DNA of 64,000 nt from Mobula hypostoma (GCF_963921235.1 NC_086109.1:24368001-24432000); one strand, 5' to 3'; shown: positions 38,504 to 53,072, counted from the first letter of the stretch. The notes: generated from the letters alone by a model not told the origin. Numbers and translations: made by a program.

Positions 38504-39285
38504 CTTACACTTCCTCCCTCACTACCATTCAGGGCCCCAGACAGTCCTTCCAGGTGAGGCGACACTTCACCTGTGAGTCGGCTGGGGTGATATACTGCGT
38601 TCGGTGCTCCCGATGCGGCCTTCTATATATTGGTGAGACCCGACGCAGACTGGGAGATCGTTACGCTGAACACCTACGCTCTGTCCGCCAGAGAAAGCAG
38701 GATCTCCCAGTGGCCACACATTTTAATTCCGTGTCCCACTCCCATTCTGATACGTCTATCCACGGCCTCCTCTACTGTAAAGATGAAGCCACACTCAGGT
38801 TGGAGGAACAACAACTTATGTTCCACCTGGGTAGCCTCCAACCTGATGGCATGAACACTGACTTCTCTAACTTCCGCTAATGCCGCACCTCCCCCTCGTA
38901 CCCCACCCGTTATTTATTTATTTATATATACACATTCTTTTTCTCTCTCTCCTTTTTCTCCCTCTGTCCCTCTCACTATACCCCTTGCTCATCCTCTGGG
39001 ATTCCCCCCTCCCCCCTCTCTTTCTCCCTAGGTCTCCTGTCCCATGATCCTCTCATATCCCTTTTGCCAATCAACTTTCCAGCTCTTGGCTTCATCCCTC
39101 CCCATCCTGTCTTCTCCTATCATTTTGGATCGCCCCTCCCCTCCCCCTCCCACTTTCAAATCTCTTACTAGCTCTTCTTTCAGTTAGTCCTGATGAAGGG
39201 TCTCGGCCAGAAACATCGACTGTACCTCTTCCTAGAGATGCTGCCTGGCCTGCTGCGTTCACCAGCAACTTTTATGTGTGTTGCA
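38504..39285 (+). mobile_element. Penelope-like 3' fragment (GIY-YIG + pLTR with hammerhead motif at 39181-39222)
   Basis: ORF 38554-38880 GIY-YIG; interrupts CR1 ORF1, which resumes at ~39286. Confidence 0.88.
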
Positions 39286-39620
39286 TAGATGGTATGTTGT
39301 TTCCCAGGTGCCAGGGTCAGGGATGTCTCAGATTGAGTCCACAGCATTTTAAAGGGGGAGGGTGAACAAATGGAAATCATGGTACATATTGGTAGCAATC
39401 ACATAGGCATGATAAGGGATGAGATCCGGAAGACAGAATGTAAAAGTTAGGGAGAAAGTTGAAAAGCAGGACATCCAGGGTAGTAATCTCTGAATTGCTG
39501 CCAGTGCCATGTGCCAGTGAGGCTATGTGTAGGATGATATGGCAGATAAATGTGTGGCTGAGGAACTGGTGCAGGAGACAGGGTTTCAGATTTCTGGATT
39601 ATTGAGATCTCCTTTGGGGA

Positions 39621-40015
39621 ATGACTCAGGCAGATGGAGCTTGTTAGCCATGGTTGACAGCTCATCCAGGAGAAGGAAAACTCTGATCTCAAACTTCCAC
39701 TGCCTTGTGGCTATCCCCACTCATGGGGAAAGCTTCAGGAGTAAAACCCAAGGAAAAATCCATAGCTGGAGTTGCTAATACAGGTTTACGTTGAATTCAC
39801 CATTGACAGGCAACTCCCACGACGTTGCTGGTGCCAAACTGTGTCACTATCTGCTGTTCCTTTGGATTCATCGGCTGTGTGGAGAGGGAGAGCTTGCTAC
39901 TTGGGCAATGGCTTGCTCTCCATATCATACTGCCCTGTCTTGTGTACTGGCTTACGTGTTCAACATGGACAGCTGAGATGCAACATTTATGATCCACCCT
40001 GACCAATGCAGAGCC
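39621..40015. mobile_element. Unclassified short retroelement inserted in CR1 ORF1
   Basis: Non-CR1 sequence flanked by duplicated tggggaa of the host CR1. Confidence 0.55.
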
Positions 40016-42257
40016 TTTTTCTGGGGAAGGTATGACCTGTACAAAAAGAATGAGCTACACCTGAACTCGAGGAACACCAATAACCATATGGTAGGTTTGA
40101 ATTTGGGGAGGGTTTAAATTGATTTGGCAGGGGACTGGGAGCCTGAGGGATAAGGGTGGAAATTGGGCAGTTGATGCAGTGTGTAGTGCGACTGTGAGGA
40201 AGGACAGGCAGATCATAGCAGAAAATCGCACTCAGTGGGATGAATTAAAGTATAACATGGACGCAAAATCAAAAAGAGTGATGAGAACAGGACTGAAGGC
40301 ATTATATTTGAATGTACGCAGTTTACAGAATACGGTAGATGATCTTGCAGGACTGTTCGAGATTGACAGGTATGACTGTGGGTATCACTGAATTGTGGCT
40401 GAAAGAAGATCATAGTTCGGAGCTTAACATCTCAGGATACACATTGTATTGAAAGGACAGGCAGGTAGACAGAGAGGATGGAGTGGCTCTTTCAGTAATA
40501 AATGAAATCAAATCCTTGGGAAGCGGTTACAGAGCATCAAAAAATGTAGAATCCTTGAAAGTAGTTGGGAAACTGCAAAGGTTAAAAAGTTGCTGATGGG
40601 AATTAGATACAGGCCTCCAAACAGTAGCCAAGATGTGGGCTACAACTTACAATGGGAAACAGAAAAGGCATGTAAAAAGGGCAATGTTATAATAGTCATG
40701 GGGGATTTCAACATGCAAGTAGATTGGGAAAATCATGTTTGTGCTGGATCCCAAGAGAGGGAATTTGTAGAATGCATATGAGAAAGCTTTTTAGAGCAGG
40801 TTGTGGTTGAGCCCACTAGAGAAAAGGCAATTCTAGATTAGGTGTTGTGCAATGAACCAGATTTGACTAGGGATTTTAAGGTAAAGGAACCCTTAGGAAG
40901 CAGTGATCATAATATGATAGAACTCAGTTTAAGGAGGAGAAGATAAAGTCAGATGTATCAGTATTACAGTGGAGGAAAGGGAATTATAGAGGCATGAGAG
41001 AAGAGTTGGCCAAAGCTGATTGGAAGGGGTCATGAGCACGGGATGACAGCAGAATGGCTGGAGTTACTGGGAGCAATTCGGAAGGCGCAGGATAGATACT
41101 GTGCACCCCAAAGATGAAATAGTATTCTGAAGGGAGGATGACACAACCATGCCTGACAAGGGAAGTCAAAGGCAGCATCAAAGGAAAAGAGTGATCATAT
41201 AATATAGCAAAAATTAGTAGGAAGTTAGAGAAATGGGAAGCTTTTAAAAACCAACAGAAGGCAACTAAAAAAGCCATACAGAGAGAAAAGATGAAATATG
41301 AATGCATCTAGCCAATAATATGGAAGAGGATACCAAAAGTGTTTTCAGATATATAAAGAGTAAAAGAGAGGCAAGAGTGGATATCAGAACACAGAAAAAT
41401 GAGGCTGGAAAGCTTGTAATGGGGTACAAATAAATGGTGAATGCACTTAAATATTTTGTGTTGGTCTTCATTGTGGAAGATGCTAGTAGTATGTCAGAAA
41501 TTTGAGGGTGTCAGGTGGCAGAAATAAGCGTGGTTGTTGTTACTAAGGAGAAAATGTTTGAGAAGCTGAAAAATCTGAAGGTAGATAAGTCACTGAGTCC
41601 ATATTGACTACACCCCAGAATTGTAAAAGAGGTAGCTGAAGAGAATGTGGAGGCATTAGTAATGACCTTTCAAGAATCACTAGATTCTGGAATGATTTCA
41701 GAGGACCGGAAAATTGCTAACGTCATTCCACTCTTTAAGAAAGGAGGAAAGCAGAAAGAAAGAAATTATAGGCTGGTTAGCCTGACTTCAGTGGTTGGCA
41801 AGATATTGGAGTCCATTATTAAGGATAGGATTTAAGGTACTTAGAGGCACATGATAAAATAGGCTAAATTCAGCATGGTTTTCTTTGAGGGAAAGACTTG
41901 CTGACATATCTTTTGAAATTTTCTGAGGACATAACAGGCAGGAAAGACAAAGCAGAGTCAGTGGATGTTGTTTGCTCAGATTGCTGCCAGTGCATAGTTG
42001 TGTTCTGCGGGGGTTAATGTTGGGACTGCTTCTTTTTATGTTATATGTTAATGATATGGATGACGGAATTGATGGCTTTGTGGCCAAGTTTGCAGATAAT
42101 ATAAAGATAGATGGAGGGGAAGATAGTGTTTTGAGGAAGCAGGGAGTCTGCAGAAGGACTTAGATAGATTGGGAGGATTGGGAAGAAAGTAGCAGAAGGA
42201 ATATAGTGTAGGAAAGTATATCTTGCACTTCGGCAGAAGGAATCAAGGTGCAGACTA

Positions 42258-42625
42258 GAAACATAGAAACATAGAAAACCTACAGCACAATACAGGCCCT
42301 TCGGCCCACAAAGCTGTGCCGAACATGACCTTACCTTAGGAATTACCTAGGCTTACCCATAGCCCTCTATTTTTCTGAGCTGCATGTACCTGTCCAGGAG
42401 TCTCTTAAAAGACCCTATCGTATCTGCCTTCACCATCGTCATCGGCAGCCTATTCCACGCACTCACCACTCTCTGCATAAAAAAGCTTACCCCTAACATC
42501 TCCTCTGTACCTACTTCCAAGCACCTTAAAACTGTTCCCTCTCCTGCTAGCCATTCCAGCACTGGGAAAAAGCCACTGACTATCCACACAATCGATGCCT
42601 CTCATCATCTTATACACAATTATTT
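42258..42625 (-). mobile_element. Young CR1 3' end, antisense inside the older CR1
   Basis: (gaaacata)n tail; TSD agacta (42252-57/42626-31). Confidence 0.85.
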
Positions 42626-44339
42626 AGACTATTTTTTAAATGGAGAGAATCCAGAGGAGGTTCATGAGAATGATTCAGGGAATAAAAGCGATAATGTACG
42701 TGGAGCGTTTGATGACTCTGGGCCTTTTCTCGCTGGAGTTTAGAAGAATGAAGGGGGATCTCATTGAAACCTATTGAATATTGAACGACCTATGTAGATG
42801 GATTTGGAGAGATGTCTCCTATAGTGGGTGAGTCTAGGAGCAGGGTGCACCACCTCAGAATAGAGCGATATCCATTTAGAATGAAGATGAAGAGAAATTT
42901 CTTTGGCCAGAAGGTGATGAATCTGTGGAACTCATTGCCACAGATGGCTGTGGAGGACTCATCGTGTACATTTAAAGTGGAGGCTGATAGGTTTTTGGTT
43001 AGTCAGGGTGTCAAAAGTTTTGGGGAGAAGGCAGGAGAAAAGGGTTGAGAATAGTAGACTGACATGAAGGGCTGGATGGCCTAATTTTCCACCTACATCT
43101 TATGGTCTTATAGTTATTTGTGTGCCTTTCCCAGGCATTTGTTTGCATAAGTGGAAACAATTTCTCTACATCTTTCCTATCAAACTTTTTCATTAAATAA
43201 TGATCTGCAGCTTAGAATTTTCTGGAGTTCTAACCTGTTCAACCAGTGTTGATATGTGTATTTTTTAAATTCAAGTAATTTCTCTGTAAATATTTTCTGT
43301 ATTTTCAACAGTGGCTCAATATCCTTCATTAATATAAAGATCACAAATGGTTTAACCCAAGGAATGCTGTTGTTGTTGTTGTTGGCTTCGATTGTTTATA
43401 TGATTTGGTTTGTGTTTCTTTCTTTTTCTCTGTGGGCACTGGGGGGGGGGGGGAGTTGGTCTTGTGTTTTTAACTGGATTCTTTCAGGTTCCTTGCTCTG
43501 TGATGGCCTGTAAGCAAACAAATCTCAAGATTGCATAATTTATACATACTTTGATAATAACTGCACTTTGAAACTTCGAAACTTGAAATTTTGAAGTCCT
43601 TTTTATACTCAGCATTAATTCCCTTTGTAATTCATCCAGAAATTATCTTAAATTCTGTGTTTTCCTGTCTTTCCATCAACTTAGAGTTTTAACTTTTTTC
43701 AATAAATTTGTCTGTATTCTCATATCTCATTCCCCCATTTAGTTTCATTCCTTCCATAAAATAAATGCTTTTAAACTTATCTTTGTAAATGAGCCTAATG
43801 CTACCATTTTGAACTTTATTCATCAGTTGATAATTCTTTTTTGTCTTCCACATTATTAATTCCGTCCACCTGTCCTAAATTTCCCTTTCATTATCTGAGC
43901 CTGTATATTCTTGCACTGACACACTGGTGCAAATTTTTGCCTAAGCTTCCTAATGTAAGAGTGTATTAGAAATACTGACCCAGATTTTGCATGAAGTATC
44001 AATATTTACTGATATAAAACTTCTAATATTTTCCTGTCAGCCACTTGAAGATTTCTGTGGAAATTGTCAAAGTTGTGATCCACATTTCACAGTTGCTTTT
44101 ACAAATACCTGAATTGTTCTGGGTGCAGGGAGTGCTTTGGAACTATTTCAATAGAGGGCACATTGTGAAGCAACTGAGGTATTAGCTAATAGTGATTATA
44201 AAAATATTTGAATGCATTTTAATAATTCATTTGTCATAAGGACAAAATATTTGTGGAGGTTAATGCATTATAAACAGGAATAGGGTAGGCCAGGGTCCTT
44301 GGGACTGAGCTTTTCAGTAGGATTACAGTTGATCATGTC

Positions 44340-44842
44340 CAAAAGGACTGAAAGAAGCTGCGGAAGGTTGTAAATCTAGTCAGCTCCATCTTGGGCACTA
44401 GCCTACAAGGTACCCAGGTCATCTTCAAGGAGCGGTGTCTCAGAGAGGCAGCGTCCATTATTAAGGACCTCCAGCACCCAGGGCATGCCCTTTTCTCACT
44501 GTTGCTATCAGGTAGGAGATACAGAAGCCTGAAGGCACACACTCAGCGATTCAGGAACAGCTTCTTTCCCTCTCCCATCCGATTCCTAAGTGGACTTTGA
44601 AGCTTCGGACACTACGTCATTTTTAAAAAAATATACAGTATTTCTGTTTTTGCACATTCTTTTAAATCTATTCAATATTAGTAATTGATTTACTTGTTTA
44701 TTTATTATTATGTTTTATTTTATTTATTTATTTTTTCTCTCTCTGCTAGATTATGTATTGCATTGAACTGCTGCTGCTGAGTTAACAAATTTCACGTCAC
44801 ATGCCGGTGATAATAAACCTGATTCTGATTCTGACTCTGATG
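44340..44842 (+). mobile_element. Rex1/Babar-like LINE 3' end
   Basis: ORF 44391-44600 IIKDLQHPGHALFSLL.SGRRYRS...RNSFFP; aataaa + (gattct)n tail. Confidence 0.8.
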
Positions 44843-47800
44843 TTGACTTACATTTCTGCTCTTCACTTTTCTGATCCTGCTAATATCCAAAACCCAAGTG
44901 ATCTCAGCCTTAAATATACTCAACAACTGAGCAGCCAACACCCACAAAAGAAGTGACCTGTAAAGATTTATATGCATTTATGTAAAGGCATTTCTTCTCT
45001 CCTCAATCCTACCTACCCAGCTCTTTATCCTTGGACTTTGTCCCCTAACTCAAATCTACATAGCTAAGGGAAATATATTTTATGCATTGATTTTGTCAAT
45101 CTCTCTTAAAATCTCAAGTGTTTCATCAAGATCAGATTTCATTCTTCTAAACTCTAGAGAACAACGGTTAGGCTTCTTCAGTCACTCTTGAAAGGTCAAC
45201 ATCCCCATACCAGGAAGCACTCTGTACTGTACTAACTTTGGCTATATGTCTTTCCTCAGGCAAATAGACCAAAACTACAGACAATGATTCAAATGGGAAG
45301 CCCTGTACAAATTCAGCAAGACTTACATACTTTGGCATTCCAAAGCCCTTGTTAAAAAAGCAACATACAAACTTCTTGCTTAATTGGTTTCCTTTCTGTG
45401 ACCCCCACCAACCCCCTGCCTCAAACCTGTACACAAAATTTTACTTTCCCCCATTATTTAAAAAAAAATCTTTTCTTTTTACCAGAGTGCATCACCACCC
45501 ATTCCCTTTCTGATCCTCTATCCAGTACCTTCTGATATTTCCATTTAACCTGTCTCTTTCCTTCAAATTCTGTGACCTGCTTTGAGCTCACTTTACCATT
45601 TAGATTTGTACCGACAAACATTAGTTATCTTTTCTTGCTTTTATTTATGTAAATTGCAAACAGTCAAGACCCAAATCTGATATCCTTGACAACCTGGTAA
45701 CAACCCATCAACCTGCAAAAGCTGCAATATTTCCATGCTTTACTGTTCCATAATCAATCTCCCATCTTTGGACGTTTAGATATGTTATAAAATTTAACGT
45801 CGCTCCTTATCAAACACCTTGTTGAGAATACAGACATACAGCACTACACTTCCTCATGGCCTTATCTACTATGCCTTTTATATCAGTATTGTTTTCCAAG
45901 ATGTTGCAGGATAGCTGATAGGTTGCACTAACAAAGCACTTTATTAAACATACAGGAACACATGCATTGTTTCTTTTTGCAGAGATAGGCAGGTAGCTTC
46001 AATGCAGAGTAAAAAATGTTCTTTAATCTTTCTTATTGCAATTTATGTATGATGACATGCTACAATCCTAAAAAATGCACATATGTCCAATGAGCCATAT
46101 GTAAATAATTCCCCTTATCAAACCAATTTCTTGCCATATAATTATACTTGCTCTGTATAATCATGTTATCATTTTCTAAATGCATTTTTCTGTAAAGTAG
46201 TATTAGGTTAAGTATTGTTAGTTACCAGTTCTGTCTCACGCTCCATACTTAATACGCAATTCTATGTTTCCAACCTTCCAGTCTGCATTATTAATTCATT
46301 CATGCTTTTAAAATGTTTCAGTAGGAATAGCTTGGGGTTTTATTTTGAGTTTGGACAGGTACATGGAAAGGAAAGCTTCAGCAGAAGGATATGAGTCAAA
46401 TGTGGACAAATGAGACTAAACTCAAAGGGCATCTTGGTTGGCATGGGCAAGTTGGGCCAAATGACCTGTTTTTGTGCTGTATTAGTCTATAATTCTCTTA
46501 ATATTTTTTGGGCATCAGGAACAATTAAACAGTTGATAGTTCCCGCACCCAAATAAGCCAGAGGCACGACTTTGCCAGTTTACCAATGTTTCTGCAGCTT
46601 TGTATGGGCAGCCCTTTCTCAGCAAACCTCACCCTGCTGAACACAGAGCCCAACGTGATCCCATTACTTTGTGTGGGCCTTGCTAACTGTTAGGCTTTGC
46701 TGTGAGCTTTGACAGCATACTCTGGACTGCTAGCTGTCACAGGGGCATCTCAGGAGTAGATGTGATCAAAGGTGTAGCTAAGGGTCCATGCTATACCTGT
46801 CACTTTGTCAGATCAGTAGAAATTTCATTGTTCAGTCCGTTTCAGGCAACACCCCTTACTTTCCTTTCTCCCTGCCTCATTTTGACATCTGTATTGGGGC
46901 TGCTCCCTGCTCTCAGACAGAATTGAGAGATTTGTCACATTGCTCCCAGTTGCTACCCAGTGCTCATTCCATTGACACATTATTTTCAGTGCAGGGCGAC
47001 CTGCACTACAGGAAGAGAGGGGATTTTATGCATCATCTGGATTCGACTGGCTGGTTATAGGTCCATTTAATTGGTGATAAAGATTGCTATGTGGCGAGTG
47101 TGATGTGGTTTGCACCAGGAGTTTTATTTTACAGGTGACTTTATTAACTTTATTAGAGAGACCCCATGCAACTGATGACTGTCACTTCGACTCAGCTGGG
47201 GTCTGAGGCCGCAGATATTCAACAAGAATATTTTATCCTGGGAGCTGCCTTATTTCTCCTCCTTCTCCTGCGCCCCAGCCCTCACTGTTTGTGGGGCACT
47301 TTGCCTCTACTCCCCCAAGCAGCAGCTCAATTCAGTTGGCAGCATAGTTAGCATGCGGCAAAGATAAAGCCTGCCACCTGCTTGGTGCATACTGGATTGA
47401 AGTGAGATTGGGGCTGAGAGGGAAAATGATTCAGCCATGATGAAATTGTGGAGCAGACTTGATAGGCCAAGTGGTCTTATGGAGACCAATCGTGAATTCT
47501 ACGGTGATTCTATACTTGTCAAGTCTAATTTATTGTCATTTAACTATATACATGTATACCACTAAATGAGACAACGTTTCTCTGGATCAGGGTGTAAAGT
47601 GATTGTTCTTAAGTTGTGTTCAGGTGCAGTGGTGACTCTTGTGAGTAACAAATGGAAGATCACCTTATTCCCCCTGATGGATCTAGTAAAGTAAGGGGTC
47701 ATGTTCTTTCCAGAAACAAGGCATTTACAAAGAAGGTACACAGCAACTTGAATAGTGGGGAGGGGGGACACCTCCAGGTCATCAACATCCCACTTATTAA

Positions 47801-48613
47801 GAGGAATCTTTCTGGGTGCAGGTTATGGAAAACCAGAAGTACTGCCGAACACCATCAGTCCAAATAATATCAGGTCCCTAATGAACCCAAAGCTGATGAG
47901 ATAATTTCTTGTCAATTATGGTGATAATTGATAATCTTTCTACCGCAGTGGTAATCAGCAAATTCCAGGAAACAGATCTGTTGCAGCTGAGACAGGTCGT
48001 GCCAGGTTACCGCTGAGAATCCATTGATTAGGTTCTGCACATCCGCCGCTAAATGGTGCAAAGACACTCCTTGTTAGTTTATCCTCACTTTGTGGAGCAC
48101 TTGAGAATTCGACCGCCGGTTCTTATGTTGCCCAGTCAGGTCTACCCTCTGTCAGCAGAAGAGACCTCTTGTGTATCACCTAACAGATTCTAGTGAGACT
48201 ATTCAATGTAGGCGATAGTGCGGAGCCCTCTGCTCCAAATTATATTGGTGTGGGTGGTATGCAAATGATTACATCATCTGGTGTGCACCTGATACTGGGA
48301 AAAGATCAGGCAAACTTGCTTGAATTGCACACAGAAATGCCTGGCCCATTTTCACACCTGGCAGCAATTTGAATGTAAACAAGTTCTCTTTTAACTTGAA
48401 CATAAGCTTCATGATCACCCTTAAGTGCTATAGGCAGAACTGGGAATATCTCACATGTAGAAGCACTGACTTTCAGAATTCCTTGTTTCTTTGTGCAATG
48501 GATTTTGGCAGGGAAGTTTGGAATTTATATTAAGATGTATAAATTGGATCATTTCTATATCTTGCTGCTATGTTCTTTAACTCATACAGAAAGACTTATT
48601 CCAAAGTAAAACT

Positions 48614-48861
48614 TACTTACTTAAGTCGATCACTCCTACTCGGGCATACGTTGCTGACAGCAGCTCACCAGAGCCCTCTGTCCTGGGCCAGCACCCCCAG
48701 TTATCCCCAGGTGTAGCCATCTTCGAAGATCTCCCATGGATGAGACCCTTGGAGCCTCTGTTGGCATTTCTGGAGCACTGTTTTTTTTAAAAGGAATGGG
48801 GTTGCTAACTCCATGCCCAACCCTTTTGCAGCTTGGCTTGGGACCAACCATCGCGAAGTTT
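48614..48861 (-). mobile_element. RTE-derived SINE-like insert
   Basis: (ttac)n tail on the left; TSD-like aaagtaaaa at 48603 and 48862. Confidence 0.55.
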
Positions 48862-50577
48862 AAAGTAAAAACTCACAATAAAATTCAAAATCTATGAAAT
48901 AAGAAGCAATTAAATATGAATTTATTGGTGGAATGACTCACTTTTGGCTAGGTGATACACACTGTAGCATTAACTATTCAGATAAATTTCCTTTGCAGAT
49001 AACAATGTGAATTATGATAGACAACACAATGTCATCCACACGGATGGCAAGACGATATCAATAAAGTGTATGTTTCTATGCAGCAAACATTGTATGAGGA
49101 GAGGAATTTGAATGTTTTATCAACACCATAAGATAGGGGAAAATGGGAAAAAAAGAAGAAAGGGATAGAACTTTCAGGGATATTATCTGGCATTTGATTA
49201 GAATTGTATGTGGCAACAAAAAGCGAACATCACTTAAAAATAAACCAGTTTCATTCTGAAAAGAACATCCACATTGTAAGAGGAATCAGAAGTCTTTCCA
49301 CTTCAATCACTGTAACAATATATTGATAGCTCTCTGCTGATTAATCTTCGGAGGTGTCCCTCAACCTCTTCTATCTTCCTAATCCCCTGCCTGTGATCAA
49401 ATCAAGACTCTTTGTGGGGCTTCTCATTTCCTTCGCTGTCTGCTTCCTCACTCTCTAAAATTTGTTGGCTTTTAAAACTCAACCAGTAATCAACCTTGGT
49501 TGTATCCTACAGCATGAGTCTTTCAACAAGGTGGGTCATTGAAAAGAAGCGTCACTAATTAACAATCTTGCGGTCCTGCACAGATGCTGTTGTCACCAGG
49601 AACTTTCACAACTTCTAGCACAGTCCTACTTGCTAAATCCTACCCTTTGGGAACTAACATTTGCCTCTCACATTCTACACAAGGTTACCATTAATCTTGA
49701 CCTCTCATAGCTTTCTCACTTCAGGAAATCGAAAGTAAGATCCTCCCACCTCTTCTTGCCACGTTGCTTCATGTTATTAATGCTCTTTACATCTTAGCCT
49801 CCAGGTCATCCTCTGTGTGGTCCTCAGCCTATGCTCTTTTTACCTTAATCTCCTTTGCATTTCTCTGTTCCTAGGAGCAGTCAGGTCATCTTTCATATCA
49901 GTACTCCTATCTCAAGAATTTTAAACCACCAGATTCCCTAAACTTTATCTCAATGCTGGCCTGATTTTCGTTTTCTATATTTTCTGTTCATGCATTTTTG
50001 GAAACTGGACTATATATTGCCCATCCTTAATCGCCTTGATGTATCCCCTTCCTGAATTTCTGCTGTTTTTCTGGTAAAGTTACTTCCACAGTGCCTTTGA
50101 GTAAGGAAGTTTTCGTAGATAGACTGTGCTAGCAATATATTCCCAAGTGAGCATGGTGCATGTCTTGGAGAGAATTGGAATGGAGGGGTGTTTCCATATT
50201 ATCTGTCATCCTTGCCCTTCACGCAGGTAGAAATCGCAGGTTGAGACGATGCAGCCAAAGTACCCTTATTGAGACTCTGTAGTGCGTTTTGAAGAGACTG
50301 CAAACACTGCGTATGGGTGCAGGAGGTTATTAATGTTGAGGTGATTGAAGGGATGTAAATCAAATAGATTCCTTCACCCCAGCTGATTTTGAACACTTAA
50401 GAATAGTTTCTTCTGCACTTATCCAGGCATGGATTTAAGGTGCAAGGAAAAATATTTAAAGCAGACACGAGGGGTGAGGGAAAACATTTTCACACTGAGA
50501 GCGGTGGATATGTGGATTGAGCTATTGAAGGAAGTGGTGGAGGCAGGTACAATTACAACATTTAAAAGGCATTTAGA

Positions 50578-50954
50578 TATCATCATCCTGTGCTGTGTCA
50601 TGTTATGTGGGTGATTATGGTCCATGACCTTGATTGCTCTTGGCAAATTTTTCTACAGAAGTGGTTTGCCATTGCCTTCTTCTGGGAAGTAACCTTACAA
50701 GACGGGTGTCCCCAGCTATTATCAATACTTTTCAGAGGTTGTCTGCCTGGCGTGAGTGGTTGCATAACCAGGACTTGTGATATGCACCCACTGCCCATAT
50801 GGCCATCCACCACCTGCTCCCATGGGTTCACGTGACCCTGATCGGTGGGGTGTGTAAGCAGGTGCTACTTTGCCCAAGGGTGACCTGCAAGCTAGCAGAG
50901 GGAAGGTGCACCTTACACCTCCTTTGGTAGAGACGTATCTCCAACCTGCCACTT
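50578..50954 (-). mobile_element. SINE inserted in a CR1 3' fragment
   Basis: 10-bp TSD ggcatttaga (50568-77/50955-64). Confidence 0.7.
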
Positions 50955-50972
50955 GGCATTTAGACAGGTACA

Positions 50973-51635
50973 GGAGGAGGGAGGAGAAGATGGTGGCGCA
51001 ATGCAGCGCGCGCAGCCGTTCCGAATGATATCATATGTGTTAGCTAGGGGGCCGTGCACAATTCGAATTTGATGGAGACAGCCGTGAGAAGCACGGAGAA
51101 ACACCTGGAGAAACTTCTGAAATGCCCGCTTTGCTGCCGCTGCTACTGTGCGATTGAGAATCTCCGGAGACAAAGGCCCCAAATCCTTGGCTTTGCTTAT
51201 TGCCTGTTGCCAGGTCCGGGGTCGAAGCACTCTGCAGAGATGGTGCTCGGTGCTCAGTGTCGGAGAGCTGGTCGGAGGCTCGGAGTTTTCGGATGGGCTC
51301 GGAGTCGGACTGTGGTCGGATGCTTCCAGGATGCTGCATTGACAAGTTTGCGGCGCTGAAGGTTCACCATCTGCGTGAGATGATAAGACTTTCAAGAGAC
51401 CTTGAGACTTTTACCGTGCCATGGTCTGTTATTATCAAATTATGGTATTGCTTTGCACTGTTGTAACTATATGTTATAATTATGTGGTTTTTGTCAGTTT
51501 TTAAGTCGGTTTGTCATATGTTTCTGTGATATCATTCTGGAAAAACATTGTATCATTTCTCAATGCATGTATTACTAAATGACAATAAAAGAGGACTGCG
51601 TGTCCTCATAATCTAATCTAATCTAATCTAATCTA
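50973..51635 (+). mobile_element. Young CpG-rich non-autonomous LINE derivative
   Basis: Starts gaagatggtggcgc; ends aataaa...(ctaat)n; interrupts the CR1 tail gacaggtaca|tg. Confidence 0.65.
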
Positions 51636-51892
51636 ACATGTAAAGGAAAGGTTTAGATAGATATAGACCAAACCATGGCAAGTGGGACTAGCTCAGGTAG
51701 GTATCTCGGTTAGCATGAATGAGTTGGGCTGAAGGTCCTATCTGCATTTTGTATGACACTGACTGCAAACAGAGAATGTTTCATCATGCTCCTGAGTTGT
51801 TCCTTGTATAGAATGGAAAGGCCAAATGATGTCAGGATATTCAGATGACAAGTCACTTGCCAAGATTACTCAAAGTCATGGAGTACTATGGC

Positions 51893-52205
51893 TGGCATGG
51901 CACCATTGCGGTTAGTGTAACGCTTTACAGCCCTTGTGACCGGGGTTCAATTCCCACTGCTGTCTGTAAGGAGTTTGTACGCTCTCCCAGTGACTGTGTG
52001 AGTTTCCTCTGGGTTCTCCGCTTTCCTCCCATATTCCAAAAACATATGGGTTAGAGTTAGTTGTGAGCAAGTGATCTTGGCAGCGGAAGCACGGCAACAT
52101 TTGCGGACTGCCCGCAGCACATCCTCAGACTATGGTGACGGTTGGCGCAAGCAATGCATTTCACTGTATGTTTTGATTTCATGTGACAAATAAAGCTAAT
52201 CTTAA
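51893..52205 (+). mobile_element. V-SINE-type tRNA SINE
   Basis: tRNA-like head ggttcaattccc, V-domain-like segment, aataaa tail. Confidence 0.75.
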
Positions 52206-52494
52206 ATACAATATGGAAACTGGCACTTTTGCCTAACTGGCTCATGCCGACCTCCCTGAAAGTTGCAGAAGCCTGTGTTCAGCCTATAAACTTCCAAGCC
52301 CTTCTCTTCCCTGCACCTATCCAGATGCCTCTTAAACTTTGAAATTGTAATTGTCTCGACCATTTCCTCTGGCAGTTCATACCAGGTACTCACTGCCCTT
52401 CATGCAAAGATGTTACCTTTTAAATCTCTTAAATCTCTTCCTCCTTACTCAGTATCTGTAAAGATTACCTGTCCTGCTCTTGTAGCAACATAAA

Positions 52495-53072
52495 ACCTTA
52501 AGACATTAAGCTATTTGGCCAGTCGAGCCTGCTCCGCCATTTCATCATGGCTGATCCATTTTTCTCTCAAACCCATTTTCCTGCCTTCTCTCTGTAGCCT
52601 TTGATACCCTGATTAATCAAGAACCTATCAACTTTTATCTTAAATACTGTACACCCAATGACCTGGCCTCCGCAGTTGCCTTTGGCAATGAATTCTGCAG
52701 TTTCATCACCCTCTAAGTAAAGAAATTCTTCCTCATCTCTGTTCGAAAGGACATCCCTCTCTTCTGAGGCTGTGTCCTCTGTTCCTAGACTCCCCCACCA
52801 CAGGAAACATCCTATCCACATCCACTCTGTCTAGGCCTTTCAACATTTGGTAGGCTTCAATGTGATCCCACCTGCAATCTTCTAAATTCCAGCATGTACA
52901 GGCCCAGAGCTATCAATCACTTCTCATACGATAAACCTTTCATTCCCAGAATCACTCTCATGACCTCCTCTAAACCTTTTCTAATACCAGCACATCCTTT
53001 ATTAAATAAGGAGCCCAAAGCTGCTCATGCTACTCCAAGTGAGGCCTCACCAGTGCCTTACGCAGCCTCAGC
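52495..53072 (-). mobile_element. CR1 3' fragment
   Basis: Minus-strand LVRPHLE motif and CR1-type 3' region. Confidence 0.75.

Larger units (their letters stand above)
38130..43095 (+). mobile_element. Decayed near-full-length CR1 LINE with nested insertions
   Basis: ORF1 coiled-coil/esterase remnants and ORF2 remnants LYLNVRSL, YRPPN, MGDFN, PLFKKG..NYR, KFAD, with many stops. Confidence 0.85.

Noticed and set aside
50913..51466. CpG-rich segment with several ORFs, possible promoter CpG island
   Set aside because: Lies within a tailed retroelement insertion; the CpG content reflects young age.
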